DNA from: Alphaproteobacteria bacterium
GTDB lineage: Bacteria; Pseudomonadota; Alphaproteobacteria; MPNO01
DNA: 64,000 nucleotides
NCBI GenBank assembly: GCA_964291675.2
Contig: OZ219866.1
Coordinates: forward strand, 2,208,001 to 2,272,000
Reading direction: 5' to 3'
This document shows positions 47,719 through 56,937 of this stretch, piece by piece; position 1 is the stretch's first letter, and every line of letters begins with the position of its first letter. Both the position numbers and the translations under genes were made by a program. The notes beneath the pieces are model-generated. The model was not told the DNA's origin. It ran no database searches and was given only the letters and a program-made list of their open reading frames with translations.

Positions 47719-48921
47719 ATGGAACAGCTCAAGAGCATCCGGAACGGCGCCAAGGTCGTGCCCACCTTCTCCGACGCCGAGATGAACCGCCGCCTGGAGG
47801 CGCTGCGCGCCCACATGGCCGACAGACAGGTCGATGTCTGCCTGTTCACCTCGCATCACAACATCAACTATTTCAGCGATTTCCTCTACTGCGCCTTCGG
47901 GCGCAATTACGGGCTGGCGGTCGGCCAGGAGGGACAGACCACGATTTCCGCCAATATCGACGGCGGCCAGCCCTGGCGGCGCAGTTTCGGGGACAACGTC
48001 GCCTACACCGACTGGCACCGGGACAACTTCTTCGCCGCCGTCAAGAGCCTGATCCCGGACGGATCGCGGGTCGGCATCGAGTACGACCACGTCACCGTCG
48101 AGAACCTGCGCAAGCTGCAAGGCGCGCTGCCGAGCGCGGAGCTGGTCGATGTGGGCAAGGCGACGATGCGCATGCGCATGGTCAAGTCCAAGGAGGAGAT
48201 CGCCTGGATCCGCGAGAGCGCGCGCATTGCCGATATCGGCGGCGCGGCCTGCGTGGAAGCCATCGCCGTCGGCGTGCCGGAATACGAGGTGGCGCTGCAT
48301 GCCACGAGGGCCATGGTGCGCGAGATCGGCGGCAGCCAGCCGCATGTCGAGCTGATGGACACATGGACCTGGTTCCAGTCCGGCATCAACACCGACGGCG
48401 CCCACAACCCGGTCACCTCGCGCAGGATCGAGCGCGGCGACATCCTGAGCCTCAACTGCTTCCCGATGCCGGCGGGCTACTACACGGCGCTCGAGCGAAC
48501 CCTGTTCGCCGAAGAGTGCTCGGACGAGCACCTCCGCCTCTGGGAGATCAACGTCGAGGTGCACGAGGCGGGGATCGGCCTGATCCGGCCGGGGGCGCGG
48601 TGCTGCGACATCGCGGCGGAGCTCAACCGGATCTATGCGCGTCACGGCCTGCTGGAGAACCGGACCTTCGGATACGGCCACAGCTTCGGCGTGCTCTGCC
48701 ACTATTACGGCCGCGAGGCGGGGCTCGAGCTGCGCGAGGACGTGACGACCGTGCTCCAGCCCGACATGGTGGTGTCGATGGAGCCGATGATCATGATCCC
48801 CGAGGGCCGCCCAGGCGCCGGCGGCTATCGCGAGCACGACATCCTGGTGGTGACCGAGGACGGGGCCGAGGACATCACCCGGTTTCCCTACGGGCCGGAG
48901 CACAACATCGTCTGCAAGTGA
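47719..48921 (+). CDS. Creatinase (creatine amidinohydrolase), M24 fold
   Basis: NG.KV.PTFS..EM..R, FLYCAFGR.YGL, DTWTWFQSGINTDGAHN, LSLNCFPM, YYTALERT, HYYGREAGLELRED, GGYREHDIL are creatinase-specific motifs. Confidence 0.93.
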   Translation: MEQLKSIRNGAKVVPTFSDAEMNRRLEALRAHMADRQVDVCLFTSHHNINYFSDFLYCAFGRNYGLAVGQEGQTTISANIDGGQPWRRSFGDNVAYTDWHRDNFFAAVKSLIPDGSRVGIEYDHVTVENLRKLQGALPSAELVDVGKATMRMRMVKSKEEIAWIRESARIADIGGAACVEAIAVGVPEYEVALHATRAMVREIGGSQPHVELMDTWTWFQSGINTDGAHNPVTSRRIERGDILSLNCFPMPAGYYTALERTLFAEECSDEHLRLWEINVEVHEAGIGLIRPGARCCDIAAELNRIYARHGLLENRTFGYGHSFGVLCHYYGREAGLELREDVTTVLQPDMVVSMEPMIMIPEGRPGAGGYREHDILVVTEDGAEDITRFPYGPEHNIVCK

Positions 48922-48950
48922 CGGGGCGGTGGGGCGGGCAAGGCCCGCGT

Positions 48951-50063
48951 CTATTCGAGGCGCGCCACCACGAGCTCCTGGAAGCGGCGCACCGAGTCCT
49001 CCCACACCGGAGAGAGCACCCCGCCCCCCGCGGCGTCGGATGCGCGCCCGGTCTGGAGCCGTTCGCAGATGTCCCGGTCCTCGCGATGCACGTCGCGCCA
49101 CAGCCCGACCAGGCGCTCGGTGTCCTCGGCGGAGACCGGGCCCGGCCCGAGGCGGTAGATGGCGCGGCGCTGGCGGGTGCGGCCCGGCGCCGACGGGATG
49201 TTCAGGTGCACCCCGATTTGGTCGGGGAGGTAGAGCCCGAGCACGAAGTTGGGAAACAGGGTCAGGTAGCGGGAATCCGCCGACAGCGTGTCTTCCCGCT
49301 TCGCATCGCGCGAGACGTCCACCGCGCACCCCAGACAGCCCGGATCGACGATCGTGTAATGGTCGGCGAGCGGTTGCTCGGTGGTCGTCGGGTGCACGAA
49401 CTGGACGTGGTAGGGCTCGATGAAGTTCTCGATCAGCAGCTTCCAGTTCGCCGCCACCTCGCCCAGGTCGATGGTGACCAGATGGCGGAGCGCCGCGAGG
49501 TCGAGCCCGTCGAGCCGCTTGACCAGCGGGGCGACGAAGTCCTCCAGCGGCGGCGCGGTCCCGCTCAGATTGACGAAGATCCAGTCGTGCCAGGTCGCCG
49601 ACCTCACGGGGACCAGCCCGTATCGATTGCGGTCGAAACCGGCCGGCGCGGCGTGCAGCGCGCTTCCCCCGAAATAGGGTGCGAGATGCAGTGCGCCGTC
49701 GAGATCGTAGGTCCAGGAGTGGTAAGGGCAGCGGATCTTCGATCCCAGATTGCCCGGCTCGTCGACCAGCTTGAGGCAGCGGTGGCGGCACACGTTGTGG
49801 AACGCGCGAACCTGACCCTCGGCATCGCGAACCAGGAGCACGGGCCGGCCGGCCACGGTGACCGGTACGGCATCGCCGGTCCGGGCCAGCTCCTGCGCAA
49901 AGCCCGCGAACACCCATGCGTCCGGGAACAGCCGCTCGTTCTCCAGCGCGAAGAACGCCTCGCTCGTGTAGGCCGCCCCGGGCAGCCCGCACGCCACCGG
50001 CCCCTCGGCCTCGAACGCCGCGAGCGCCTCCGTCCCCAGGATCGATCGCAGCGACAGGCTCAT
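48951..50063 (-). CDS. Rieske oxygenase alpha subunit (choline monooxygenase/quaternary amine oxygenase-like)
   Basis: CRH-x17-CPYH; ANWKL..ENFIEPYHVQFVH; ED..ICE.LQ.G. Confidence 0.88.
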   Translation of the reverse strand: MSLSLRSILGTEALAAFEAEGPVACGLPGAAYTSEAFFALENERLFPDAWVFAGFAQELARTGDAVPVTVAGRPVLLVRDAEGQVRAFHNVCRHRCLKLVDEPGNLGSKIRCPYHSWTYDLDGALHLAPYFGGSALHAAPAGFDRNRYGLVPVRSATWHDWIFVNLSGTAPPLEDFVAPLVKRLDGLDLAALRHLVTIDLGEVAANWKLLIENFIEPYHVQFVHPTTTEQPLADHYTIVDPGCLGCAVDVSRDAKREDTLSADSRYLTLFPNFVLGLYLPDQIGVHLNIPSAPGRTRQRRAIYRLGPGPVSAEDTERLVGLWRDVHREDRDICERLQTGRASDAAGGGVLSPVWEDSVRRFQELVVARLE

Positions 50064-50090
50064 TTCGGTCTCCCGAGAGCGCAGACCCGG

Positions 50091-50600
50091 CTAAGGCACG
50101 TGGCGCTTGAGGAGGAACTGGTTCTTGAACATGCCGAGGCGGGTCATGACCTCGACATGCGCGATATCCGAATGGCCGTGGATGTGCTCGTTGAGGAAAG
50201 ACGCGAACTCGGCTTCCTCGTCGCACACCACCTCCACGAGCAGATCGTAACGGCCGCTGACCCACATGACGTAGACCACGGCGGGATAGGGATCGAGCCG
50301 CTGCGCCACCGCCGCGGGGGCGAACCCTGACGCGGTCTTGATGCCGAGCATCGCGTTGGTCTCGTAGTCGACGGCCACCGGGTCCACCAGGGCCACGATG
50401 CGAAGCATGCCGGCCTCGCGCATCCGGGCGACCCGGTTGCGGACGGTACCGCCCGATACGCCGAGCTCCTGTCCGATGACGTCGTAGGCCGCCCGCCCGT
50501 CCTCCCGCAGCCGGCGGATGATCTCCTGGTTGAGACCGTCGTAGGGAGACGACAGCGGCGAGACGTTCTCAGCGGGCACGACGACGGGTGGCACGGTCAA
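50091..50600 (-). CDS. Lrp/AsnC family transcriptional regulator
   Basis: II..L.EDGR....I...LGVS..TVRNRV; GRYDL. Confidence 0.9.
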   Translation of the reverse strand: MTVPPVVVPAENVSPLSSPYDGLNQEIIRRLREDGRAAYDVIGQELGVSGGTVRNRVARMREAGMLRIVALVDPVAVDYETNAMLGIKTASGFAPAAVAQRLDPYPAVVYVMWVSGRYDLLVEVVCDEEAEFASFLNEHIHGHSDIAHVEVMTRLGMFKNQFLLKRHVP

Positions 50601-50679
50601 CCGCCGCGATACCCGCGCCGCGTTCGATGGCGTCGGTTCGGCTCCCGGCGAGCCGGCGGGCGGGTCATGTTCGCCATTG

Positions 50680-50810
50680 CCATATTCACACCATGATGTG
50701 TATGGTCTGCGGAATCATGAGCAATAGTCAACCGATTTTTTGAATTCCTTTGCCAACTGTATTTCAATATTCGGATTCCTCGAGGAAATCGATCGACGGG
50801 AAGGAAGGAC
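50680..50810. promoter_or_regulatory. AT-rich divergent promoter region between the Lrp gene and the glutamine synthetase-like gene
   Basis: Sharp local drop in GC (e.g. gattttttgaattcc, tgtatttcaatatt) between divergent genes; exact boxes not resolved. Confidence 0.5.
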
Positions 50811-50819
50811 AAATACGCG

Positions 50820-52235
50820 ATGACCGAGACAGCATCGACCATGGCGGACGCACTTCCCGACATCGAACGCGTCCGTGACGAACAGGCGAAGCTGGCCGAA
50901 GCGGGCGTCCGCTACGTCTTCTCCTGCTGGATCGACATGCACGGCCTGCCCAAGACCAAGCCGGTGCCGCTCGGCGAATTCGCGGAGCTGTGCATGGGCA
51001 GGGGTCCGCAATTCGCGGTGCATTCGGTCTCCTTCGTGCCGGAGCTCGGCGCGGCCGATCCCGACCAGATCCCGATCCCCGACCTCGATTCCCTGGTCGT
51101 CTGCCCCTGGGACCGCAGCTGCGCGTGGATGTTCGCGGATCTGTGGTGGGAGGATGCGCCCTACAACCTCTGCCCCCGCCAGGCGCTCAAGCGCGCGGTG
51201 CGCGACACCGCGGCCAGGGGGTTCATGGGGTTCGCCGGCATCGAGCCGGAATTCATCGTGATGCGCTGGCGCGACGGCCGGCCGGTCAAGGCGTTCGACG
51301 ACGATCCGCTGCCCGGCGAGGGGCTGCGGCCGCGGCGCCAGGCGTTTGGCTACGACATCGAGTACAGCATCGATTCCATGGGTTTCCTCGGCGCCGTCAT
51401 CGACATCCTCGGGGAGCTCGGCTGGGGGCTGAAGGATGTGGTCTGCGAGGGCAGCTACTCGCAGATCGAGCTCGATTTCGGATACACCGATCTGGTCGGC
51501 ATGGCCGACCGGCTGGTGTTCCTGCGCGTGTTGTTGAAGGAGGTCGCCAAGCAGCAGGGCCTGTTCGTCACCTACATGCCCAAGCCCAGCACCGGCGACT
51601 GGCGGTCGGGCGCGCACATCAACTATTCGATGCGGCGGGTCGACGATCCGGGGGTGAATATCTTCGAGGATTCCGGCGGCTGGGCGCAAGCCGCCTACCA
51701 TGCGGTCGGGGGGCTGTTGCGCCACGGCGCGGCGCTGACCGCGATCGCCGCCTCGACGGTCAACTCCTATAACGGCCTGGTGGCCCGCGTGCCCGGGTTC
51801 GAGGGCGGCGTCTATACCTGGGCCCCGACCCACATGACCTACGGCAACAACAACCGCTCGGCCATGCTGCGCCTGCCGCAGAACCGGTTCTGCATCGAGA
51901 ACCGGGCGTCCGATCTGTGCATGAACCCTTACCTGGCGCTGGCGATGACGACCGCGGCGGCGGTTGCCGGCGTGACCGGGGGGATCGACCCCGGGCCGCC
52001 CCTGAACAAGGATCTCTATCTGCTGACGGACGACGAAATCCTCGCTCACGGTGGGCGGCGCCTGCCGCGGAACCTGCTCGAGGCGACCGAGAAGCTCAAC
52101 GAGGACCCGCTGGCGGCCGAGGTTCTCGGCGCTGCATTGCTGAAATCCTGGTCGGAGTACAAGTTCGACGAGTGGGAGCGCTACCACCAGGCGGTGACCG
52201 ATTGGGAGGTGCAGGAATATCTGCGGCTCTACTGA
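50820..52235 (+). CDS. Glutamine synthetase-like protein, GlnT/GmaS (gamma-glutamylamide synthetase) type
   Basis: D.HG.PK.K.VP, GIEPEF, QIELDF, TYMPKP, SGAH, TVNSY, YG.NNRSAMLR, IENR..D...NPYL. Confidence 0.85.
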   Translation: MTETASTMADALPDIERVRDEQAKLAEAGVRYVFSCWIDMHGLPKTKPVPLGEFAELCMGRGPQFAVHSVSFVPELGAADPDQIPIPDLDSLVVCPWDRSCAWMFADLWWEDAPYNLCPRQALKRAVRDTAARGFMGFAGIEPEFIVMRWRDGRPVKAFDDDPLPGEGLRPRRQAFGYDIEYSIDSMGFLGAVIDILGELGWGLKDVVCEGSYSQIELDFGYTDLVGMADRLVFLRVLLKEVAKQQGLFVTYMPKPSTGDWRSGAHINYSMRRVDDPGVNIFEDSGGWAQAAYHAVGGLLRHGAALTAIAASTVNSYNGLVARVPGFEGGVYTWAPTHMTYGNNNRSAMLRLPQNRFCIENRASDLCMNPYLALAMTTAAAVAGVTGGIDPGPPLNKDLYLLTDDEILAHGGRRLPRNLLEATEKLNEDPLAAEVLGAALLKSWSEYKFDEWERYHQAVTDWEVQEYLRLY

Positions 52236-52257
52236 ACGCCGCCGGAGGTCGCCGGAT

Positions 52258-53274
52258 ATGGCGCGGGACTACGAGGTCTGCGAGCTCGGCCCGGTGACGT
52301 TGCAGTCGGGTGTCACGCTGCCCGATGCGCGGCTCGCCTACAGGACCTACGGCTCGCTCAATGCGCGCGGCGACAACGCGATCGTCATGCCGACCTTCTA
52401 TACCGGCACGCATGTGCGCAACGAAGGCTACTTGCGGCGGATGCCGGCGCTCGACGCTTCGCGCTACTTCATCGTCTCTGTCAACATGTTCGGCAACGGC
52501 CTCTCCTCGTCGCCAAGCAACACCGCGCCGCCCTTCGACGGGCCGCGCTTCCCCGACGTCACCCTCCACGACAATATCGCCTGCCAGCACCGGCTGCTCA
52601 CCGGGACGCTCGGCGTGACCCGCCTCGCCCTGGTTCTCGGGTGGTCCATGGCCGGGTGCCAGGCGTATCAGTGGGGCGCGCAGTTCCCGGACATGGTCCG
52701 TGCCATCCTGCCCTTTTGCGCCTCGGCGCGCACGTCCGCGCACAACGCCGTGTTTCTCGAAGGACCGAAAGCGGCACTCCTGGCCGACCCGGCGTTCGCG
52801 GGCGGCGATTACGCCGCGCCCCCCGAGGCGGGTCTCAGGGCCTTCGGCCGGGTCTATGCGGGGTGGGCGTATTCGCAGGCCTTCTACCGCGAACGGCTGC
52901 ACCGCGAGCTCGGGTTCGAGACCTGGGAAGAGCTGCTGCTCGACTGGGAGCGGGATCACCTCGGCTGGGACGCGAACGACCTGCTGGCCAAGATCCGCAC
53001 CTGGCAGTTGGGCGACATCAGCGCCAATCCGCGTTACCGGGGTAACTTCGAACGCGCGCTCGGCGCCATTCGCGCCCGGGCGATCCTGGTCCCCTGTACG
53101 ACGGATCTCTACTTCCGGCCCGAGGACAACGCCGTCGAGGCCGGGCACATGCCGAATGCCGAGCTTCGACCCTACGAGTCGGCCTGGGGCCATTGCGTTG
53201 CGTCCCCCAACCGGGAGGACGGCGATTTCATGCGGTTTCTGGACGTCTGCGCATCCGAGCTGTTGGCCGCTTAG
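52258..53274 (+). CDS. Alpha/beta hydrolase, homoserine acetyltransferase-like
   Basis: L.Y.TYG.LN...DN, MFGNGLSSSPSN, GWSMAG (Ser nucleophile), DLYF, WGH. Confidence 0.85.
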   Translation: MARDYEVCELGPVTLQSGVTLPDARLAYRTYGSLNARGDNAIVMPTFYTGTHVRNEGYLRRMPALDASRYFIVSVNMFGNGLSSSPSNTAPPFDGPRFPDVTLHDNIACQHRLLTGTLGVTRLALVLGWSMAGCQAYQWGAQFPDMVRAILPFCASARTSAHNAVFLEGPKAALLADPAFAGGDYAAPPEAGLRAFGRVYAGWAYSQAFYRERLHRELGFETWEELLLDWERDHLGWDANDLLAKIRTWQLGDISANPRYRGNFERALGAIRARAILVPCTTDLYFRPEDNAVEAGHMPNAELRPYESAWGHCVASPNREDGDFMRFLDVCASELLAA

Positions 53275-55287
53275 CCCGACTTCCGCAACTCAACGGTTAT
53301 GGAGGCTCTAACCCATTGATTCTCTGTGATCGCACCTCCAAAGGTCGGCACTACAGGGCGCCGAACGGAGAGGCGCGGCGTGGGTTGTCAGGCGGCGATG
53401 CGCGGCGCCGGTTGTTGCGGCAGGGTCATTCCGAGCTGGTGCAGCAGAAGCTCGTGCTGCTTGTTCGGCCGGGTGTGGCGCGGCAGGACGAGGTGGCGGC
53501 CGTCGGCGGTCGGCAGGTGGACGTCGACCATCTGGATGGTGGCGAAGGCCTCGATGATGGCACGCGGGGTCAGGCCGTTGGCGCGGGGGCGGGCGAGGTT
53601 CTTCAGCGTCACCAGCAGGCAGTAGGCGATGAAGGACACGAAGATGTGCGCCTCGATCCGCGCCTCGCGCCGATGGAAGATGGGCCGGATTGCAAGCTCG
53701 TGCTTGAGCTCCTTGAAGGCTTGCTCGATCTCGATGAGCCGCATGTACAGGCGCCACAGCGTGGCCGGGTCTTCGGCCACCATGTTGGAGCGCAACAGGT
53801 AGCGGCCCTCGCGGCGGCGGACGCGGCGCAGCCGGTCGCGCCGCAGGCGGAATGAGAAGCCGTTGGCGGCGAGTTCCTCGTCGGTCTCGGGCAGGCGGAT
53901 GTCGACCAGGCTCCAGGCCCGGCCCGCCTCCTTCTTGGCGGCGCCGAGCTTGAGCATCAGCCGGTCCCGGCTGTTGGACTGCCCTTGCAGCTCGGCCAGC
54001 CGGCGCCACAGCTTGCCGAGCCGGCGCCGGCGCATGCCGCGCTCCTTCAAGAGCCGCCCCTCCGAGCGCACCAGGACGTAGAGTTCGCCGTCTTCGACCA
54101 GCAGCTTCACGTCCACGGACTGGCGCACCTCCTGCCAGGGCAGGCCGAGGAATGCCGTCTCGAGCCGCGTCAGCCGGCCCTTGGGCGTGCCCACCAGATA
54201 GCGCAGCGGCGCCTCGCCCTCGCGCATCGAGGCCAGCGTCTCCTCGCTGGGGATGCCGCGGTCCATGATCCAGATCCGCTCGGAGCGGCCGTATTGACCC
54301 TCGATCTTCTCCAGGAACGCCGCCAGCGTGGCCTGCTCGGCGGTGTTCCCTGGCATCACCTCGTAGGCCAGCGGGAAGCCCTCGGGCGTGACGATCAGCG
54401 CGATCACCACCTGTACGCAGTCCGGGCGCCGGTCCCGGCTGTAGCCGAAGCGGCGCTTGTCCTCGAACGGCGGATCGCTCTCGAAATAGGTCGAGGTCAG
54501 ATCGTAGAGCAGCACGTCGAAGCGCGCGTCGAACAACGTCGCCCAGCGGGCGCGCAGGAACGAGAAGAAGTCCTGCTTGTGCGCGACCAGCTTGTCGAGG
54601 CAGCGATACAGCGTGTCGTCGGCGATCGCCCGGTCGCTGCCCAGAAGATCGCGCAGCGCGCTGTGCTCGTACCAGTGACGGTGAAGACGCCACTCACTGC
54701 CAGGGTCGATCAGCCGGTAGCAGACCAATATCTTCAGCACGTCCAGCCACCGCGTGCCTTGCCGGCTCGGCGGCAGGCGCGCACCCCAGAAGCGGTCCAG
54801 ATCCAGGCGCTCCCACAAGGCCAGAGCGAGCCAGCGCGCCCCCCACTGGCGCGGATCGTGCAGCGACACCTCCGCCACGTCGATCTTGACCACCTCGCAG
54901 TCCAGCGCCGGCGCGTCGCGATCCTCGGGAAACAGCGCCATCTGGCGAGACCCCGACTTGCCCTCCACAACCTCGATGGAGCGGCACCACGCCGCGCGCT
55001 GGCTGTCGTTGATCTCGCCGAGATAGAGAACCTGACGCTGAACGACCCGCCCGCCGCGAACCCGGACGTTCTCCACCACGCTCCAGTAACGGTGCTCCTT
55101 ACCGTCCTTGAAGCGCCGCTTGCAGCGCACGAACATCGGCGCAGCGTCCGGCGCTTCGCCGGCCCGATCAAGGGGGTAGGTCGGCACTACACGCGGTTCT
55201 CGAGAGCCAAAGCCCGGAAAGCTGCCACTTCACGCGCCGAAAAAACGTCAAATTAATCGAAACGCGTGCCGAGTTGCGGAAGTCGGG
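53275..55287 (-). mobile_element. IS1634-family insertion sequence, 17-bp perfect TIRs, 4-bp TTAG target duplication
   Basis: cccgacttccgcaactc (53275-53291) and gagttgcggaagtcggg (55271-55287); TTAG at 53271-53274 and 55288-55291. Confidence 0.92.
53388..55136 (-). CDS. IS1634-family DDE transposase
   Basis: KDGKEHRYWSVVEN, YDLTSTYFE, GYSRD.RPD, MDRG, IEQAFKELK, IRPIFH, RIEAH. Confidence 0.93.
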   Translation of the reverse strand: MFVRCKRRFKDGKEHRYWSVVENVRVRGGRVVQRQVLYLGEINDSQRAAWCRSIEVVEGKSGSRQMALFPEDRDAPALDCEVVKIDVAEVSLHDPRQWGARWLALALWERLDLDRFWGARLPPSRQGTRWLDVLKILVCYRLIDPGSEWRLHRHWYEHSALRDLLGSDRAIADDTLYRCLDKLVAHKQDFFSFLRARWATLFDARFDVLLYDLTSTYFESDPPFEDKRRFGYSRDRRPDCVQVVIALIVTPEGFPLAYEVMPGNTAEQATLAAFLEKIEGQYGRSERIWIMDRGIPSEETLASMREGEAPLRYLVGTPKGRLTRLETAFLGLPWQEVRQSVDVKLLVEDGELYVLVRSEGRLLKERGMRRRRLGKLWRRLAELQGQSNSRDRLMLKLGAAKKEAGRAWSLVDIRLPETDEELAANGFSFRLRRDRLRRVRRREGRYLLRSNMVAEDPATLWRLYMRLIEIEQAFKELKHELAIRPIFHRREARIEAHIFVSFIAYCLLVTLKNLARPRANGLTPRAIIEAFATIQMVDVHLPTADGRHLVLPRHTRPNKQHELLLHQLGMTLPQQPAPRIAA

Positions 55288-56859
55288 TTAGAGCCCCCGG
55301 CCCGCCATCTGCTTGAGCGCGAGCTTGTCGATCTTCCCCGGCCCCTTCTTGGGCAGCGCATCGAGGATGTGGATGGCCTTTGGCTGCTTGTACCTGGCCA
55401 GGTTCTCCTCGGCATGGCGTTGCAGGGCATCGACGCTCGCCGATGCGCCCGGTCGCAGGGCGACGAAGACGCAGACCGCCTCGCCGAGAAAATCGTCCGG
55501 CACGCCGACCGCGGCGGCCTCGGCGACCGCCGGGTGGTCGGTCATCGCCTCGTCGACCTCGCGCGGGTAGACGTTGAAGCCGCCGACCAGGATCAGCTCC
55601 TTCTTGCGGTCGACGAGGAACAGATACCCGTCCTCGTCGAGATAGCCGATGTCGCCGGTATGCAGCCAGCCGTCGCGGATCGCCTCGGCGGTCTCCTCCG
55701 GCCGGCCGCGATAGCCGATGGTGAATTGCGGGCCGCGCACCCGGATTTCGCCGCGCTCGCCCGTCGGCAGGACGCGCGTCCCGCTCTCCAGGTCGACGAT
55801 CCCGATGTCGGTATCGGGCGGGCGAGGCCCGACGGACAGGCGCTTCTTCACCCCGTGGGTCGGGTTGAGACAGACCGGCGCGCCCTCCGACATGCCGAGG
55901 CCTTCGAGTATCTCGTTGCCGGTGCGCGCCTTCCAGCGCTCCAGGAGATCCGCCGGGCAGGGCGAGCCTCCGGCGAGGCTGTACCTGAGCGCGCCCAGAT
56001 CGGCGTCCGCCATCGCCTCCGAGCCGAGCAGGCCGAGAAAGATCGCCGCCGGCCCCCCGGCGAACACGCTGACCCGGTGGCGCACCAGCTCGGCGATGAC
56101 GAGATCCGGCCGGTAGCGCGGCACGATGACCATCGTCGCCCGGATGAAGAGCGGGAAGACGACGGAGAAATGGTGCCCCCAGATGTGGAACATCGGGGCG
56201 ACGTTCAGGATGGTGTCGCCGTCGAAATCGAAGCGCCAGAGGGCGTGGGTCTGTCGGCAGAACGCGTCGTAGGAGAGGTGCACGTGTTCCGCGCCCTTGG
56301 GCAGGCCGGTGGTGCCGCCGGTGAAGAACATCACGCAGCGGTCTTCGGGAAGCGGCCGGTCGGCGGGCAGCGTGAGGCGCTCATCCGCGGCCCAGCGCCA
56401 GACGTCGAGCTCCGCCGCGCCGACCGAGAGGATATCCGGCCCCGCCCCGCCGCCATCCAGCGCGGCCACCCGTTCGGCGAGCGCCGGAGAGCAGGCGATC
56501 GCCGCCGGCGCCACATCGGCGATCAGCCGGGCGAGCTCGGGATCGGTATAGGCCGGGTTGAGCGGCGCGATCTGCAGGCGCGCGGCATACGCGCCCATCA
56601 TCGCGACGGCGGTCTCTATGCCGTTGCCCATGACCAGCGCGATCCGCGCGCCCGGCGGGTAGCGCCCGGAGAGGTGCCGTGCCATGCCCGCGGCGGCGCG
56701 GCGGTACTCGGCGAAGGTAAGCCGCCGGTCCTCGCAGATCAGGGCCACGCGGTCCGGCCGCAGCTCGGCCGCGGCGTCCAGCGCGTCCACGATCGTCGGG
56801 TAGCGCGGGTCGCCGTCGACATAGTCGAAAGGCGGGCTGTCGAAGTTCATGGTCGCCAT
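55288..56859 (-). CDS. AMP-binding acyl-CoA synthetase/ligase
   Basis: FTGGTTGLPKG, GLGMSEG, WLHTGDIG, DRKKELI..GGFNVYPREV, LPK...GKIDK. Confidence 0.92.
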   Translation of the reverse strand: MATMNFDSPPFDYVDGDPRYPTIVDALDAAAELRPDRVALICEDRRLTFAEYRRAAAGMARHLSGRYPPGARIALVMGNGIETAVAMMGAYAARLQIAPLNPAYTDPELARLIADVAPAAIACSPALAERVAALDGGGAGPDILSVGAAELDVWRWAADERLTLPADRPLPEDRCVMFFTGGTTGLPKGAEHVHLSYDAFCRQTHALWRFDFDGDTILNVAPMFHIWGHHFSVVFPLFIRATMVIVPRYRPDLVIAELVRHRVSVFAGGPAAIFLGLLGSEAMADADLGALRYSLAGGSPCPADLLERWKARTGNEILEGLGMSEGAPVCLNPTHGVKKRLSVGPRPPDTDIGIVDLESGTRVLPTGERGEIRVRGPQFTIGYRGRPEETAEAIRDGWLHTGDIGYLDEDGYLFLVDRKKELILVGGFNVYPREVDEAMTDHPAVAEAAAVGVPDDFLGEAVCVFVALRPGASASVDALQRHAEENLARYKQPKAIHILDALPKKGPGKIDKLALKQMAGRGL

Positions 56860-56937
56860 CTTCCCGTCGGTTGCCGGTCGAACGCAACGCCGCCGATTGC
56901 GCAGCGCCGCCCGGCCTCCGTCAAGCCGGCAAACGCG

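Noticed and set aside
50820-53274. Housekeeping glnA and metX
   Set aside because: The motifs fit the GlnT/GmaS-like and MetX-like paralog groups, and the context is catabolic.
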